A stretch of 64,000 nt of DNA from Lophium mytilinum. Taxonomy: Eukaryota. The notes under the pieces were generated by a model. It made no database searches and had not been told where the DNA came from. It saw nothing but the letters and a program-made list of their open reading frames with translations. Location: the NCBI GenBank assembly GCA_010093605.1, contig MU004200.1:310001-374000 (forward strand). The letters are read 5' to 3'. Within the stretch, counting starts at the first letter, position 1. Each line of letters starts with the position of its first letter. Positions 12,346 through 24,505 of this stretch are shown here, one piece after another. A program made the translations under genes and the position numbers.

Positions 12346-14884
12346 CTAGAACGCTTAGCAGATAAATAAGTTAATGCTACTAGAACCTTAAACTAGAATA
12401 TTACTAATAAACTTAATCTAGACTATAACTCTAATAATAAAGGCGGCTTTATAACGCCTAGTATAAATATTCTAGGTAAGCGCGCTGTTTAATTTATTAT
12501 AGAAGATAATATATATAAATCTTAAGCTAGTACTAGTAAGCTACGCGCCTCTTATTACTAAGTCTCTATAGTAGACTAATAAGCCTCTATTCTAGTTACA
12601 CGCTATAAAACTAAGTAGGTTCTAGATACTAAACCTAAGTATATAGATATTCTAGAGGGACTATAAGAAACTAATCTATAGCGCTATATATAGCTACCGG
12701 TCTAGCTTTTTAACTATTATAGTAATAGTACTATAACTATTAATACTATAGTTACTAATAAGATAGAGTTTACCGCTATAGTAAATAAGAATAATCTAGT
12801 ATAGTAGAAGTTCTTCTAGAAGCTCTATATAAAGTATAAAGTAGGCTTTAAAAAAGCTAATAAAAAAGATAAGCTCTATAATAACCTCTAGAATAAGTAC
12901 TAGAAGTATAAGTAGAATACCTCTAATAATACTACTATAGTAGAATAGAAATTAAAGGCCTATTACGCTAAGTAGCTATAGTAAGTTATAAGTAGCTATT
13001 AGGCTAACCTTAAGCTTAACTAGATGCGCCTACGCTATAATTACTAGTGTAGTAAGTACTAAACTCTTAAAGAGATATATAAGAAGCTTACTACTTAAAT
13101 TAAAAAGCTTAAATAGTAGCTTTATTAATAGGCTTATCTATAGCCCTTAGACTCTAACTATAATTTAAATAATAATAATAGCACCCGCTCTTCTACGCCC
13201 ATAATACTAGTTTACTATTATTCTATTAGCTAGCCCCTATAGTTTAATTCTATTAAGAGTAAGTCTACTACTCTATTTATATCTATTTAGGATGCCGGCG
13301 CGTATATAGTAATATCTTGCCACCCTAATCTAAATAAGTTTAGTAGTAGTAATAAGAATAAGCTATTCTACTAGTAGTAGTGCATGCAGGTGCTTAGTAA
13401 GCTAGATATCTATATACTACTATATACTACTACTAATTATTATATAGTCTATATCTATAATAGGCTTAAGGGTAAAGTATTTAATATAATCTTCTACCGT
13501 GCTAAATCTAATAGTAATAAGCTATACCTCTCTATAGAAGAACTAATTAATAACCTTAATAAGGTCTATAGACCTTTTAATAAAGTAGCGGACGCGCGCA
13601 CTAATTTATATAATAGTAAGTTTATATAAAAGAAAGATAAGCACGTTATAACCTAGATAGAACGCTTTAATACTAGTGTAGCCTTCCTCTATCTTAAAGA
13701 CCCTAAGAAGATCTACTATATACGGCGTAACCTTACTAATAGCCTTAAGTATAAGGCCGCTAATAGATAAGACACTAATATAATAACTTTTATTACATTT
13801 CTCTAGACTTTAGAATTATAACTTAATATTATTAAACTAAATAAAGATATCTAGAAGAATAAGAAGACCTCTAAGTCTATACGCGATAACTATAAAACTA
13901 TAGGCGGTAGCTTAACTATACCTTACTATCCGCCGCTTACTAACACTAAGTATATATCTAAGAATAATACTAGTAATACTACCTCTAGTACTACTACTAC
14001 TACTACTATAAATAACTCCCCTAGCCTCTTTAGTTGCAACCGCTGCACTATTACGCGCCTTAAGTAGCTTAAACATTACTAGAACTATCTAGAGTATAGA
14101 TATATAGCTAATAGTAACGCCCTATATATTAGATAATAGCTAGTTACTATCTATAAGGTTAGCGGTCTTACTAATAAAATTAGCCTTACTAGCGTTAATA
14201 TTAGCGCTATAAATACTAGCTCTACCTATAATAAGATAATAGAAAATGCCTAGTTCTTAGTAATAGTTACTACTAAGAACTTTTAATAGCCTTTAATAAT
14301 AAGAAATTAAGAGTAGTTATAGATAGAATTACTATTTTAAAATAAGAAATTAAGCTAGTTATTATGCGTATATCTACTCTTACGCTGTAGCTAGTTAATA
14401 GTAAATAGTTTAGCTTCTTAGGTAGAATCCTCTAATCTAATTCTATTTCTAACTCTTTTACTACTAAGATTCTTTCTAATATAGGATTAGGCTCTTAATT
14501 CCTTTATTTAAAGACTGCGCGCCTTTATAAAATACCTACCTAACCCCTTTTATAACCTATTATTCTTAAGCTTACTAATAGTAAGCCCTCTATTATACTA
14601 GACTATATAGTAAATATTACCTTCTATATAGGCAACTACTATAATACTATTACCTACTATATTACTAATACTAGATAATATAATATAATTTTTAGCATGC
14701 CCTAGCTATAGCTTTATAACCCTACTATTAGTTTTAGAAAGATATAACTTATCTTCTAGTTTAACTACTATATATCTAATTACCTTTATTATAGTAGGCT
14801 AGTTATTATAAAGAGCCTTATTTATTTAAAATATATTAAAATTAAACTATACTAAAACCTAGGCGATTTCCACGGCTCTTAATA

Positions 14885-14950
14885 TAACCCTAACCCTAAC
14901 CCTAACTCTAACCCTAACCCTAACCCTAACTCTAACTCTAACCTTAACCC
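14885..14950 (+). repeat. Telomere-like (TAACCC)n array, 11 units, inside pol of Gypsy #2
   Basis: TAACCC x7 with TAACTC x3 and TAACCT x1; reads AAC-CCT in the pol frame. Confidence 0.9.
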
Positions 14951-17900
14951 CGTTATTAAAGGGCCTAATAATACTAAAGACTCCCCTTAGCTTAACTATA
15001 ATAGGAAACCTCTTTCTTCTAAACTAGTTATACTAGATAAACTACCTAAATATAATATTTAGTTTATCTCTATATACGCCTATTCTACTATAGTAAAATA
15101 AAATAAGAATATAGTAATAACTATTACTTTATAAGACTTTAAGTAATTAGACTAGCCTAATAAAATAGATAAGCAACACGTCTATAGGCGCTAGGTAGTA
15201 AACCTTATAGACGTTACCGCAGAAAACTACTATTAATTTAAGGAGAAGATAACTAAATTACCTTATACTAAAGATTAGCTATAGTAGAAAGTTCTACTTT
15301 TTTTCTACTAGATTTTAGACGCCTTTAATCTATAAGTAGTAAATAAACTACTACTATATAGGCCTAGTATAGACTATACTATTAACTTTAAAGACCTAAA
15401 TATAAAACTACTAGTTCTATATTAGTATAGTCTTTCCTATAATAAATTATAGGCTATTAAAGCTTATATTAATAAAATACTTAGTAAAAGCTTTATCTAT
15501 TCTAGTATATTACCCTTTATAGCGCTAGTTATTATTATCTATAAACTAGGCGGAGGACTCCGCATCTATATTAATTACCGCTTACTAAATAAAATTATAA
15601 TTAAGAATAGAAACGCTCCCCCTCTTCTATATAATATAATTATATAACTTTATAAAGCTAAGATATACTCTATCTTTAATATTATTGCCGCCTTTAATAA
15701 TATCCGCGTTAAGAATAGTAATTAACCTAAGATAGCGTTCCGCACTTAATATAGCGTCTTTAAGTTTAACGTTATACCTTTTAGCTTATATAATGCGCCC
15801 GGAATATTCTAATCCTTTATTAATTCTATACTTTATCTATATCTAGACGTCTACTATATAGCCTATATAGATAATATCCTTATATATAGTAATAATAAGA
15901 AAGACTATAAGAAAGACTATATAAATATTCTTACCGCTCTACGCAATATAGGACTCTATCTTAATATTAATAAGTATTACTTCTTAGTTAAGAAAGTTAA
16001 ATACCTAGGCCTAATTATTACGCCTAATAGAATAGAAATAGACCCTGCTAAAGTTAGCGCTATTTAAGATTAGAAGCTACCCTATACTATTAAGAATATA
16101 TAATTCTTTCTTAGCTTCTACAACTTCTATAGGTAATTTATTACTAGCTATTTATAGATTACCGCTCTACTTATAGAACTTACTAAGAAAACTATAGAAT
16201 AAGGTAACTTTCTACTACTTACTAATAGCCTAGTAGCTTAAGCCTTTAAGAAGCTTAAAGCCTTATTTCTAATAGCCCCGGTCCTTACCTATTTTAACCC
16301 GGACCTAGACTATATTCTTAAGACTAATACCTTAGACTATATTATAGCCGCTATTCTCTTATAATATAAACTAGATAGAATTCTACGTCCTGTTATCTTC
16401 CTCTTAAAAAAGATAACCCCCGCTAAGTATAACTATAAGATCTATAATAAAGAACTGCTTGCTATTATCTAAGCCTTTAAGAAATAGTAACCTAAGCTTA
16501 CTAGCGTTATTAACTCTATACTTATATAGATAGACTATAAGAATCTAGAATACTTTATATCTTCTAAGTAGTTAAATTACTATTAAGCCTAATAGGCTAA
16601 ATATTTTTCTTAATTTAACTTTATCCTAAACTAGCAACTAGGTAAGCAGTTAACTAAGCCTAATAGCCTTACTTATAGGCCTAGTAATATTCTAGATAAT
16701 CTAAATAATCCTAGAATAATATATTAAACGTAAACTATTTTAAAAAAGAGGAACCTACTAGATAGTATATACTAAGCCCTTTAACTAGCTAGTATACTAC
16801 TAAATAAATAGAAAGTTCTAGTTATTAGAATAGCCTAGCTTATATATAAAGTAGCTAAATAGTACCTAACTAATATTTCTTATATTATTCTAGCCGCTAA
16901 TAGAACTAGAGGAAAGAGACGCTTAACTAAGGCTATAGCTAACTATAGTAAGTTAGATAAAGATCTACGCAACGCTACCCTAGATATTGCCGCGTTAATT
17001 ACCCCTAAACCCGCACCTATAGATTCTACTACTAAAGAAGAAGCGCTAAAGGTATCTAAGCCTAGTAATAAGTTAAATAAAAACTTACTAAGGGACTATA
17101 CTAATAATACTACTATTTAGTAGATTAATTAAGTATATATAGAGAATAATATCCTCTAGCATATTATACACGCGAAGAAGATAGGTAAATAATATATTCT
17201 ACTTAAACTTATTTAGAAATAAGGAATTAAAATTAAGCTTAGTAACTGTAAGATTTATAAAAATAGGCTATTTATTAATAGCTACTTATATATTCTATAT
17301 AACGTAAAGCTCTATATATAGTTAATTAAGAAAGCCTATAACTCTCTTTCTAGAGGCTATACTAGAAGGAACTCCCTCTACTATTACCTCTTCTTCTAGT
17401 ACTACTAGCCTAGCATTATAAACTCTATTACTATATATATTAATGCCTATTTTATATATAGACGTATAAAGGTCTATAAGAAAGGTAAATATAGCTTACT
17501 TAAGCTACTATCTATTCTAAACTAATACTAGATAGATATATCTATTAATTTTATTACTAAGTTACCTTCTTACACGGTTAAGGGCTGTATGTACTAACAT
17601 ATTATAGTAGTTATTAACTAGCTATCTAAGAAGTGTAAGTTTATTCCTCTAGACTCTATAGAACTAGAAGACGTTATATAAGCCTTTATTAACTAGATTT
17701 AGCATAAAGAAGGCTATCTAGACTATATTATATCTAACTGCAGAGTATAGTTTATATCTTTCTTTTAGAAACACCTATATAAATATATAGAAATATACCT
17801 AAAGCTATCTACTATAGCCTACCTAGAGACTAATAGATAGATAGAGATTATTAATACAGGCCTTAAGTAGTACCTACGCGCTTATATCTATTACCTACAG

Positions 17901-19114
17901 GATAATTAGGTAAACCTTATTACCTTTACTAAGTTTAAAGCTAACGCAGATATTAACTAATCTACTAGCGTTTCCCCCTTTAAGGCTACTAAAGAATATA
18001 TACTAAGAAGTAGCCTTAAACTCTCTTTATAAGGAATTATTATACTAGGGCTCTAAAAATAAGGTATAGATACTACTAAGAAGCTTATTATATAAATTTA
18101 TAACCTACGCGAGTTTCTTAAAGGTAAACTATGTTAGAACCAATCTAAAATAAAGAAACTAGCTAACTAGAACTGCTTACTAGCCCCTAAGTTTAAAGTT
18201 AATAATATAGTTATACTTAATACTAAAAATATCTATACTACGCAACTAAGTAAGTCTCTTAACTATAAGAATCTTAGTCCCTTCTATATAACGCGTGTTA
18301 TTAATAATATAGTATATAAGCTAGAACTTTCTAAGTCTATAAAAGAAATCTTTTCTATATTCTACCTATAGCTACTCTATTAAATTAATAAGAATCTACC
18401 CCTTCTAGAATAATATCTAGAACCCCTACCTGCGCTTAAGATAGAAGAAGATAGCTTTATAGAGTAGTACTATATTAATAAAGTTTTTAATTCTAGGTTT
18501 AATAGCCGCCAACTAGATCTATATATAGGTAAGAAACTATATCTAGTATATAAGATGGCCTAGACTAGTTATAATAATACCCGGCTAAAATAGAAACCTT
18601 ACTAGAACGCGGACAGCTGTAATAAACTCCTTATAGAGTATTATAATAAGTACAGCCTTAAAGTAGAACCTTATTTAATATTTAGTATATCTAAATAAAA
18701 GGTTGTAAAGATAATAGATAAGAGTATAAGCACTGCCGCAGTAATAGTAGGCCTATAGAATATTCTTAGTACTAGCCTAAGTAAGTATAAATAGTAACCT
18801 TATTAGGTAGCTAAGTTATCTTATAAGAAGGCTATTCTATATAGGCAACCTAAAGTAGGACTCTAATAGGTAGAAGCTAATAATAGGCCTTAGGTTAATT
18901 TATATAGCCTACTTATAGCGCTTAAGAATAAATATAAAGATAAATATAATAATAGAAATAATAGAAATAATAGATATAGTAAGACTATAGATAATAGTAA
19001 GTATATAAATAGTAAGGCTATATAAGCGGCTTAATAGAAATAGAATAGAAAGGATATAGAAGCTATAATACATTATAAGCCTTATAGAACTTTAGCTTTT
19101 AAAGAGAAGAGTAG

Positions 19115-19336
19115 TATTATAGTATAAACCTAAGATTATAATAATTATATACTAAGGTTACGTGCCGCCCCTTATATAACCTAAGTAAGACGCTAGCCTA
19201 AGGCGCTAGGCCGTAGCCTATGCGCCGGTGTTAAACTATAACCTCTTAAGAGCTCCTAGCTCTCTCTCTCCTTCTTAGCTTAGATTTTTATAATAGTTAA
19301 TATACCTTATTACTTATATTATATTAGCCCCCTATA
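19115..19336 (+). repeat. 3' LTR of Gypsy #2
   Basis: Direct repeat of 11602-11823. Confidence 0.95.
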
Positions 19337-20874
19337 GATACTATTATAAATAGGCGTATAGAAATTAAAAGGGGGCTATTATAATTTTTATTTATATCCG
19401 TGCTTATTTATTATAAAGGGAACTTGCTTATAAATGTATAATTTCTTACTAAAATTAACGTATTTAGCGCGTTCTTCCTATAATAAATAAACGCACGGAT
19501 ATTATTAAAAAAGAAAATAATACTTATAAGTAAATAGTCTACTAGCTAGTTCTTAGCACTACTATAGCTCTTACTATATTTAAATAGAACTATGCCTATA
19601 TCTTATTACTCTTATTCTTAGTAATACTCTACGCTAGCGGATAAATCTTATTATTCTAGTTACGCCTAATAGCTATTAGAATAACGCCTTTATAGCTATT
19701 TTACTAGTATATTCTATTAAGTTCTATCTATCTAAGACTATTACTAAAAAAGAGGTTACTTTTCTCTAGGTAGATAAAAATATATAGAAAGATATTACCC
19801 TATATTACTAAATCTATAGTAACGCCCGGATTAGTATTCTCTAGGTACTAGAGAAACTTAGAAATCCTCTAGTAGTCCTCTCTTATAGTTATAATCTTCT
19901 TACTAGCTAGCTTCTTATATATCTTTTATACCTACTACTAGTTAATAGGCCTTTTATAGTATATAGTAATAATAGATTAAATAACTTTTATTAGTATAGT
20001 CCTCTTAATATATAGAAATTAAGGCAGCACCTCTACTAGGTACTTAATATAAGTATAAGGCGCCCTTTTAACTAGTAGAGCCCTAATATAGTAGTAGAAG
20101 TTATTAACTTTTACTATAGTAATTAACTTCTTATTTACCTTTCTTATAGTATAGAGGCGCTAGTTATAATCCTCTATTAAGTAGTAGTAAAGGTCTAGGC
20201 AGCTATTATTACTAAGAAGAGTATAAGAAGCCTATTACTTTTTAATAGCTATATTATAGATAAGAAGTTTAATCTTATTCTAATAGCTAAATTAATTCTT
20301 AATATCTAGTATACTAACTAACTATATAGTAGTAATAAGGTAGGCAATAAAAAGTAGTTAATTTAGGCTAGAAATAGCTTAATTTAGGGTAGAATTAAAG
20401 GCTATAGATAATAGTAAGTATATAGATAATAGTAAGTATATAGATAATAGTAAGGCTATATAAGAGGCTATATAAAATAGAAAGAATAAGTTAAGGCCTT
20501 TAAAAAGGTATAGAAAGGGCCTCTATATAGTAAGTTTTTATAGCTTTATAGTATTAAAATCTATTAATTTTTATTACTTTTTTATTACTAATATAGTATA
20601 GAAATATAGGTAGATAGATTCTTAGTATAGCTATAGTAAAAGTTAGTCTATAGCTCTTCTAACTAGATAAGGCCTATAAAGTTTTTAAATCTACTTCTCT
20701 ATAGCTTTCTATAGTATAGTAGCTTAGCTATATTCTCTATAGCTTAATATATATATCTATTACTATTTTAGGTAATTTAGTACTTATTAAGCGCCTCTAG
20801 AAGGGCCTTAAAGGCGGCTATCTATTAGAAATAAACCTATTAAGCCTAGTTTAATTTATAAGCTTATATAGAGG

Positions 20875-21147
20875 CCTAAAAACTATTATAATAATTAATA
20901 GTAGTATATAGTATATAAAGTATATAAGAATTTACACCTTAATACTATAGCTAAGGCCTATATATAGTTATATAGTAGCTAAAAATACCTCTAAGATATA
21001 AGATAATAGAGCTAATACTTAAAGGGGCCTAGAAGCTAGTTACTAGGCCTTAATTGGCATAGGCGTGTTAATCTAGCGTCTCTAAGGCGTTTCCTAGCAT
21101 TGTAAAACGTTTACCGCCAAGATACTGGCATTCCAAACTATTGCCCC
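20875..21147 (-). repeat. Right terminal inverted repeat of the MULE
   Basis: Reverse complement of 1247-1516. Confidence 0.93.
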
Positions 21148-22589
21148 TGGTTCAAGCCGTTCAGCCCTAATGCAGGGTCCCGTGCCGTGTGGGTGATGTG
21201 TGGCGTCGATTGTGGCGGGTGGGCCATTGCGTTCCGTCTCCACGAGATCTGCGCTGAGAATCGATATAGACCCTAATAGGGAGAAAGGCATGATCGTGAG
21301 GGTCCACAGCGAATCTTGGAAGCAAGTGGGGCGTTTGAAGCTGTAGATCGACGGTACGCCCCGCAGCTACCACGCGTTTTGGAAGGTTAATTGAACGTAA
21401 GTTGTATGAATGCCATTGCTCGTTGTGCAGTGCATCCCATGCATCTCGTCGTGCTGCAGCTGGACGCTGTCTTTCATCCCGCACGTGGCCGCCGGTGTCG
21501 TACTTCGCCATGGTGGTACAGAGGTAAAGGGAGTACAAGAACCCGAGTTTGACACCTCTCGTCTTGGAAAGACACAACGTGGCCGCACATCGGGTCTCAA
21601 GGGCACGCGGACCAACCATACGAAGGATTGGGGATACGCGTCCGGGGCTTCCTTGGGTGCGCGAAGGTTGCATCAGACGGATCGGGAGTCCAGCGTGGTG
21701 CGCAGCCATTCAGGCCAAAGGACGAGGTGAGCCCCTATCGCGTGCATCGTCCTAACGTCGGGTACCGTCGATGGGAAGCCAGTTGTCAACGTCCTCGTCG
21801 CGGGCCGAAACGCGTCGTTCACTTCAACCTGGGTAGTCGCATTTGACACTGCTCTTCGGTCTCCGATAGAGTTTGAGGATTCCAGCCATGGTCGAGGCTG
21901 TCTTTTGACTAACCTGATTGCGTGGTGCGCCAGCTCAGACAGCGGCAACCCAATAGACGAATACATATCTTGACGGATTCAGGAGTGAATAGCTACCGTG
22001 TACGGGCATCTGCGTATAGACGTTCGCTCAGACATCCGAATCAGGTCGGGCTCGGTCGGCATGCCGTTGCGCAACACTCAGCAGACTCGCGATCCCACCT
22101 GATCCCCGGCCAACTCGGCTGGCCGTTAGCTCGCCAGGTTTGCGTTTCACCAACGACGCGGTCCGTGCCCCGCCAGGCCAATTGCCGGCCCCTGAATCTT
22201 TTGGACGCCTCTCCTGCACGCCTCTGCGGCCTCTCCTGGTCCACCTCCTTCTCTCCGTACTTCCTTCTCTCAAAACTCCCCCCCCGAGGCCGCTGAGACT
22301 CCCTTCTCGCCGTGCGTGCCGTGCACGTCTCTCCTTTCCAATTCTCTTCTCTCTTCCCAGTCGCCGTCGCGTCCTTCAAGCCCCGGCAGGCCGTCCCGAG
22401 ACCCTTTCTCCACATCGCGTGGTACCTGCGCAGCCCTGCAATCCCATTCGCTGCGCGCTCCAACGCACTCTCTCCCTTCATCTCACGCCTTTACCTGCCG
22501 CACGGCGTCTTCGAACGACGCGCCCGCAGATAGCCCTTGTCTAGGAATCCTGACCTACGCCGACCCCAAGTGTCAGTAAGCGCCCGAAA

Positions 22590-24505
22590 ATGGCAACAGC
22601 GACACCCTCTCCTCAACCACTCCAGCCCAAGGACGCTTCGCCAGACGATACCGCACTACCCCAGTTCAAAGCCTCCACCTCTCCCAACGGCGATCAGCAG
22701 ATTGCCGGTGGTGCCCGCCGCTCTTCTTTTAATTTCTTGCGCAGACAGAAGTCCAACGAGGGACGAGGAAACCGCGCTGTGTCAGGAGGCAAGATGTCCA
22801 AGAAGCAGAAGGCGCAAGCTCAGCGCGAGGAGCTCCAGCGACAGGAACGAGAGGCCGCCATGTTGCCTCGTTCGCCGCCGCGTCTCCCTGCACACCATAC
22901 AACAGAAGGCCTTCCCACATTCGGAGGCGAGGACGCAAGACCCGACTCCTTCGCCATCGTCTCCAACAGGGCTGGCGGCTACGGACAAGGTGGAAACTTC
23001 AGCAGACCGTCCGCTGACTACAAGATGGGCCCACACGGCAAAGTCCCAGTGCCTCCAGTGCCTGGCAGCTCTCCCTCGAATGACAATTATGATCCCTATG
23101 CCAGGACCGAGAGCATGACACACCGGAGCCGCTACAGCTACGCCAACAGTACTGTCAGCACTCTGAACAGCCCTCGTCGCGTCCGGAGAAGGAAGGATCC
23201 GACACCCTTCAAGTGAGCCACTTCTGCTTTAGGGTCTGGATGACCAACCACTGACCGACTTCTAGCATCCTCGTCGTTGGCACCAAGAGTTCCGGCAAGA
23301 CGTCCTTCATCAACTTCCTCCGCACGTCCCTCGCTCTCCCGGCGAAGAAGCGGGGCCACACTCCTTCCCCACCTGCTACGGCTCAACGTTCCGACTCTGC
23401 CTTTACGTCTGAATATTTGGAAACCGAGGTGGATCATGAGAGAATCGGTGTCACTCTGTGGGATTCGCAAGGCTTGGAGAAGAACGTCGTTGACCTTCAG
23501 CTTCGAGAAATGTCCTCCTTCCTCCAATCCAAGTTTGAGGAGACCTTCACTGAAGAGCAAAAGGTCATCCGTGCACCTGGCGTTCGGGACACTCACATAC
23601 ACTGCGTCTTCCTGGTCCTAGATCCAGCTCGTCTTGACTACAATGTTGCAGAGTCGCGCAAGAACCCGAACACGGTCAGTAAGTTCAGCTCCCACCGCGT
23701 CATTGGTGGCCTGGACGAGGACCTTGACTTGCAAGTGCTTCGCACTCTTCAGGGCAAGACAACAGTGATCCCCGTCATCAGCAAAGCGGACACCATTACC
23801 ACAGCCCACATGGCACACCTAAAGAAGATTGTGTGGGACAGTCTGAAGCAGGCGAAGCTTGACCCACTTGAGGCCCTCAATCTATCCGACTCTGATGCCG
23901 AAGACGAGGACCGTCTCGATGAGCGAGATGAGGATGCGTACAACCATTCGTCTTCCGACACCGAGGAGCATTCATCGCCCATCCTCAACAAACTCCTCGA
24001 TCGCTCCTCCTCTGACGCCGGCCGCTCGACTACATCTTCCAACTCTTCGTCGCCTGCGACTTCGCCTAGTTCCCCTCCAGAGGCGGTCAAGCGTGGAAAA
24101 GATGGGCACCGCCGACGCGTGTCCGCCATGTCCGCGTCCTTGGAGAAGGAAGACTCCGAAATCCCGTATCTCCCTATGAGCATAATCTCCCCGGATATTT
24201 ACGAGCCGGGTGTCGTCGGTCGTAAGTTTCCGTGGGGGTTTGCCGACCCATACAACGTCGAGCACTGTGATTTCGTAAGGCTCAAGGACAGTGTGTTCAG
24301 CGAGTGGCGCTCAGAGCTACGAGAAGCCAGTCGCGAGCGATGGTACGAGGGGTGGCGAACTAGCCGGTTAAAGAGGCGAGGTGAAACGCCTAGCAAGCGT
24401 GGTATGACCTCTGATGGTCTCAAGGGCAAACATCTCAGCCCTACCAACGGCAACAACGGCCGTGCAGTCAGCGCTGGTAATCCCGACAGGAACACCTACC
24501 GCTAA
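22590..24505 (+). CDS. aspE: Septin-family GTPase, AspE/group-5-like (2 exons; intron 23213-23265)
   Basis: Splicing gives PTPFNILVVGTKSSGKTS (P-loop), then LWDSQGL, RDTHIHCV, VIPVISKAD and the septin-unique element GRKFPWGFADP...HCDF. No C-terminal coiled coil. The subgroup assignment is from recall of the family. Confidence 0.8.

Larger units (their letters stand above)
11602..19336 (+). mobile_element. Gypsy/Ty3 chromovirus LTR retrotransposon #2 (different family, full length, RIP-inactivated)
   Basis: 222-bp LTR pair. TSD GATAC at 11597-11601 and 19337-19341. PPT AAAGAGAAGAG. De-RIP motifs: gag zinc-knuckle-like CWNC...GH...C (~14076-14127), protease DTG (14478), RT AY(M/I)DDILIYS (15861), RNase H, integrase HPETDGQTE (~17820) and chromodomain (~18470-18610). 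Confidence 0.95.
2150..20330 (-). pseudogene. MuDR-type DDE transposase remnant, split by an intron and two Gypsy insertions (ends approximate)
   Basis: De-RIP reading of the minus strand gives, in order: LDGTH..Y.GVIL.A.G.D.NN.IYPLAW.I.E.ES.E.W.WF (~19721-19585); SDRDKGL..A...F..CC(W/Q)HL.EN (~11457-11370); R.G..TS..SESFN (~11194-11151); SWIM-like CTC.EFQ...C.HAIA (~10835-10780); and C-terminal C..C...GHN.R....C (~2210-2170). Confidence 0.85.
1247..21147 (-). mobile_element. Mutator/MULE DNA transposon, RIP-inactivated; ~3.9 kb once the two nested LTR elements are removed
   Basis: Inverted termini GGGGCAATAGTTTGGAATGCCAGTATCTTGGCGGTAAACGTTTTACAATG / CATTGTAAAACGTTTACCGCCAAGATACTGGCATTCCAAACTATTGCCCC. 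Direct repeat TGGTTCAA at 1239-1246 and 21148-21155 (CTGGTTCAA if read as 9 bp). MULE transposase motifs lie on the minus strand. Confidence 0.93.

Noticed and set aside
14885..14950. True telomere or chromosome-fusion scar
   Set aside because: Single orientation, in frame within a continuous pol, with the element intact on both sides.
11593..19348. Apparent 16-bp duplication TATAGATACTATTATA at both ends of Gypsy #2
   Set aside because: LTR alignment fixes the TSD at 5 bp (GATAC); the extra identity is most simply RIP convergence to TA-rich sequence.
21167..22580. Overlapping ORFs between the MULE and the septin gene
   Set aside because: No recognisable domain or consistent codon pattern; likely promoter and long pyrimidine-rich leader.
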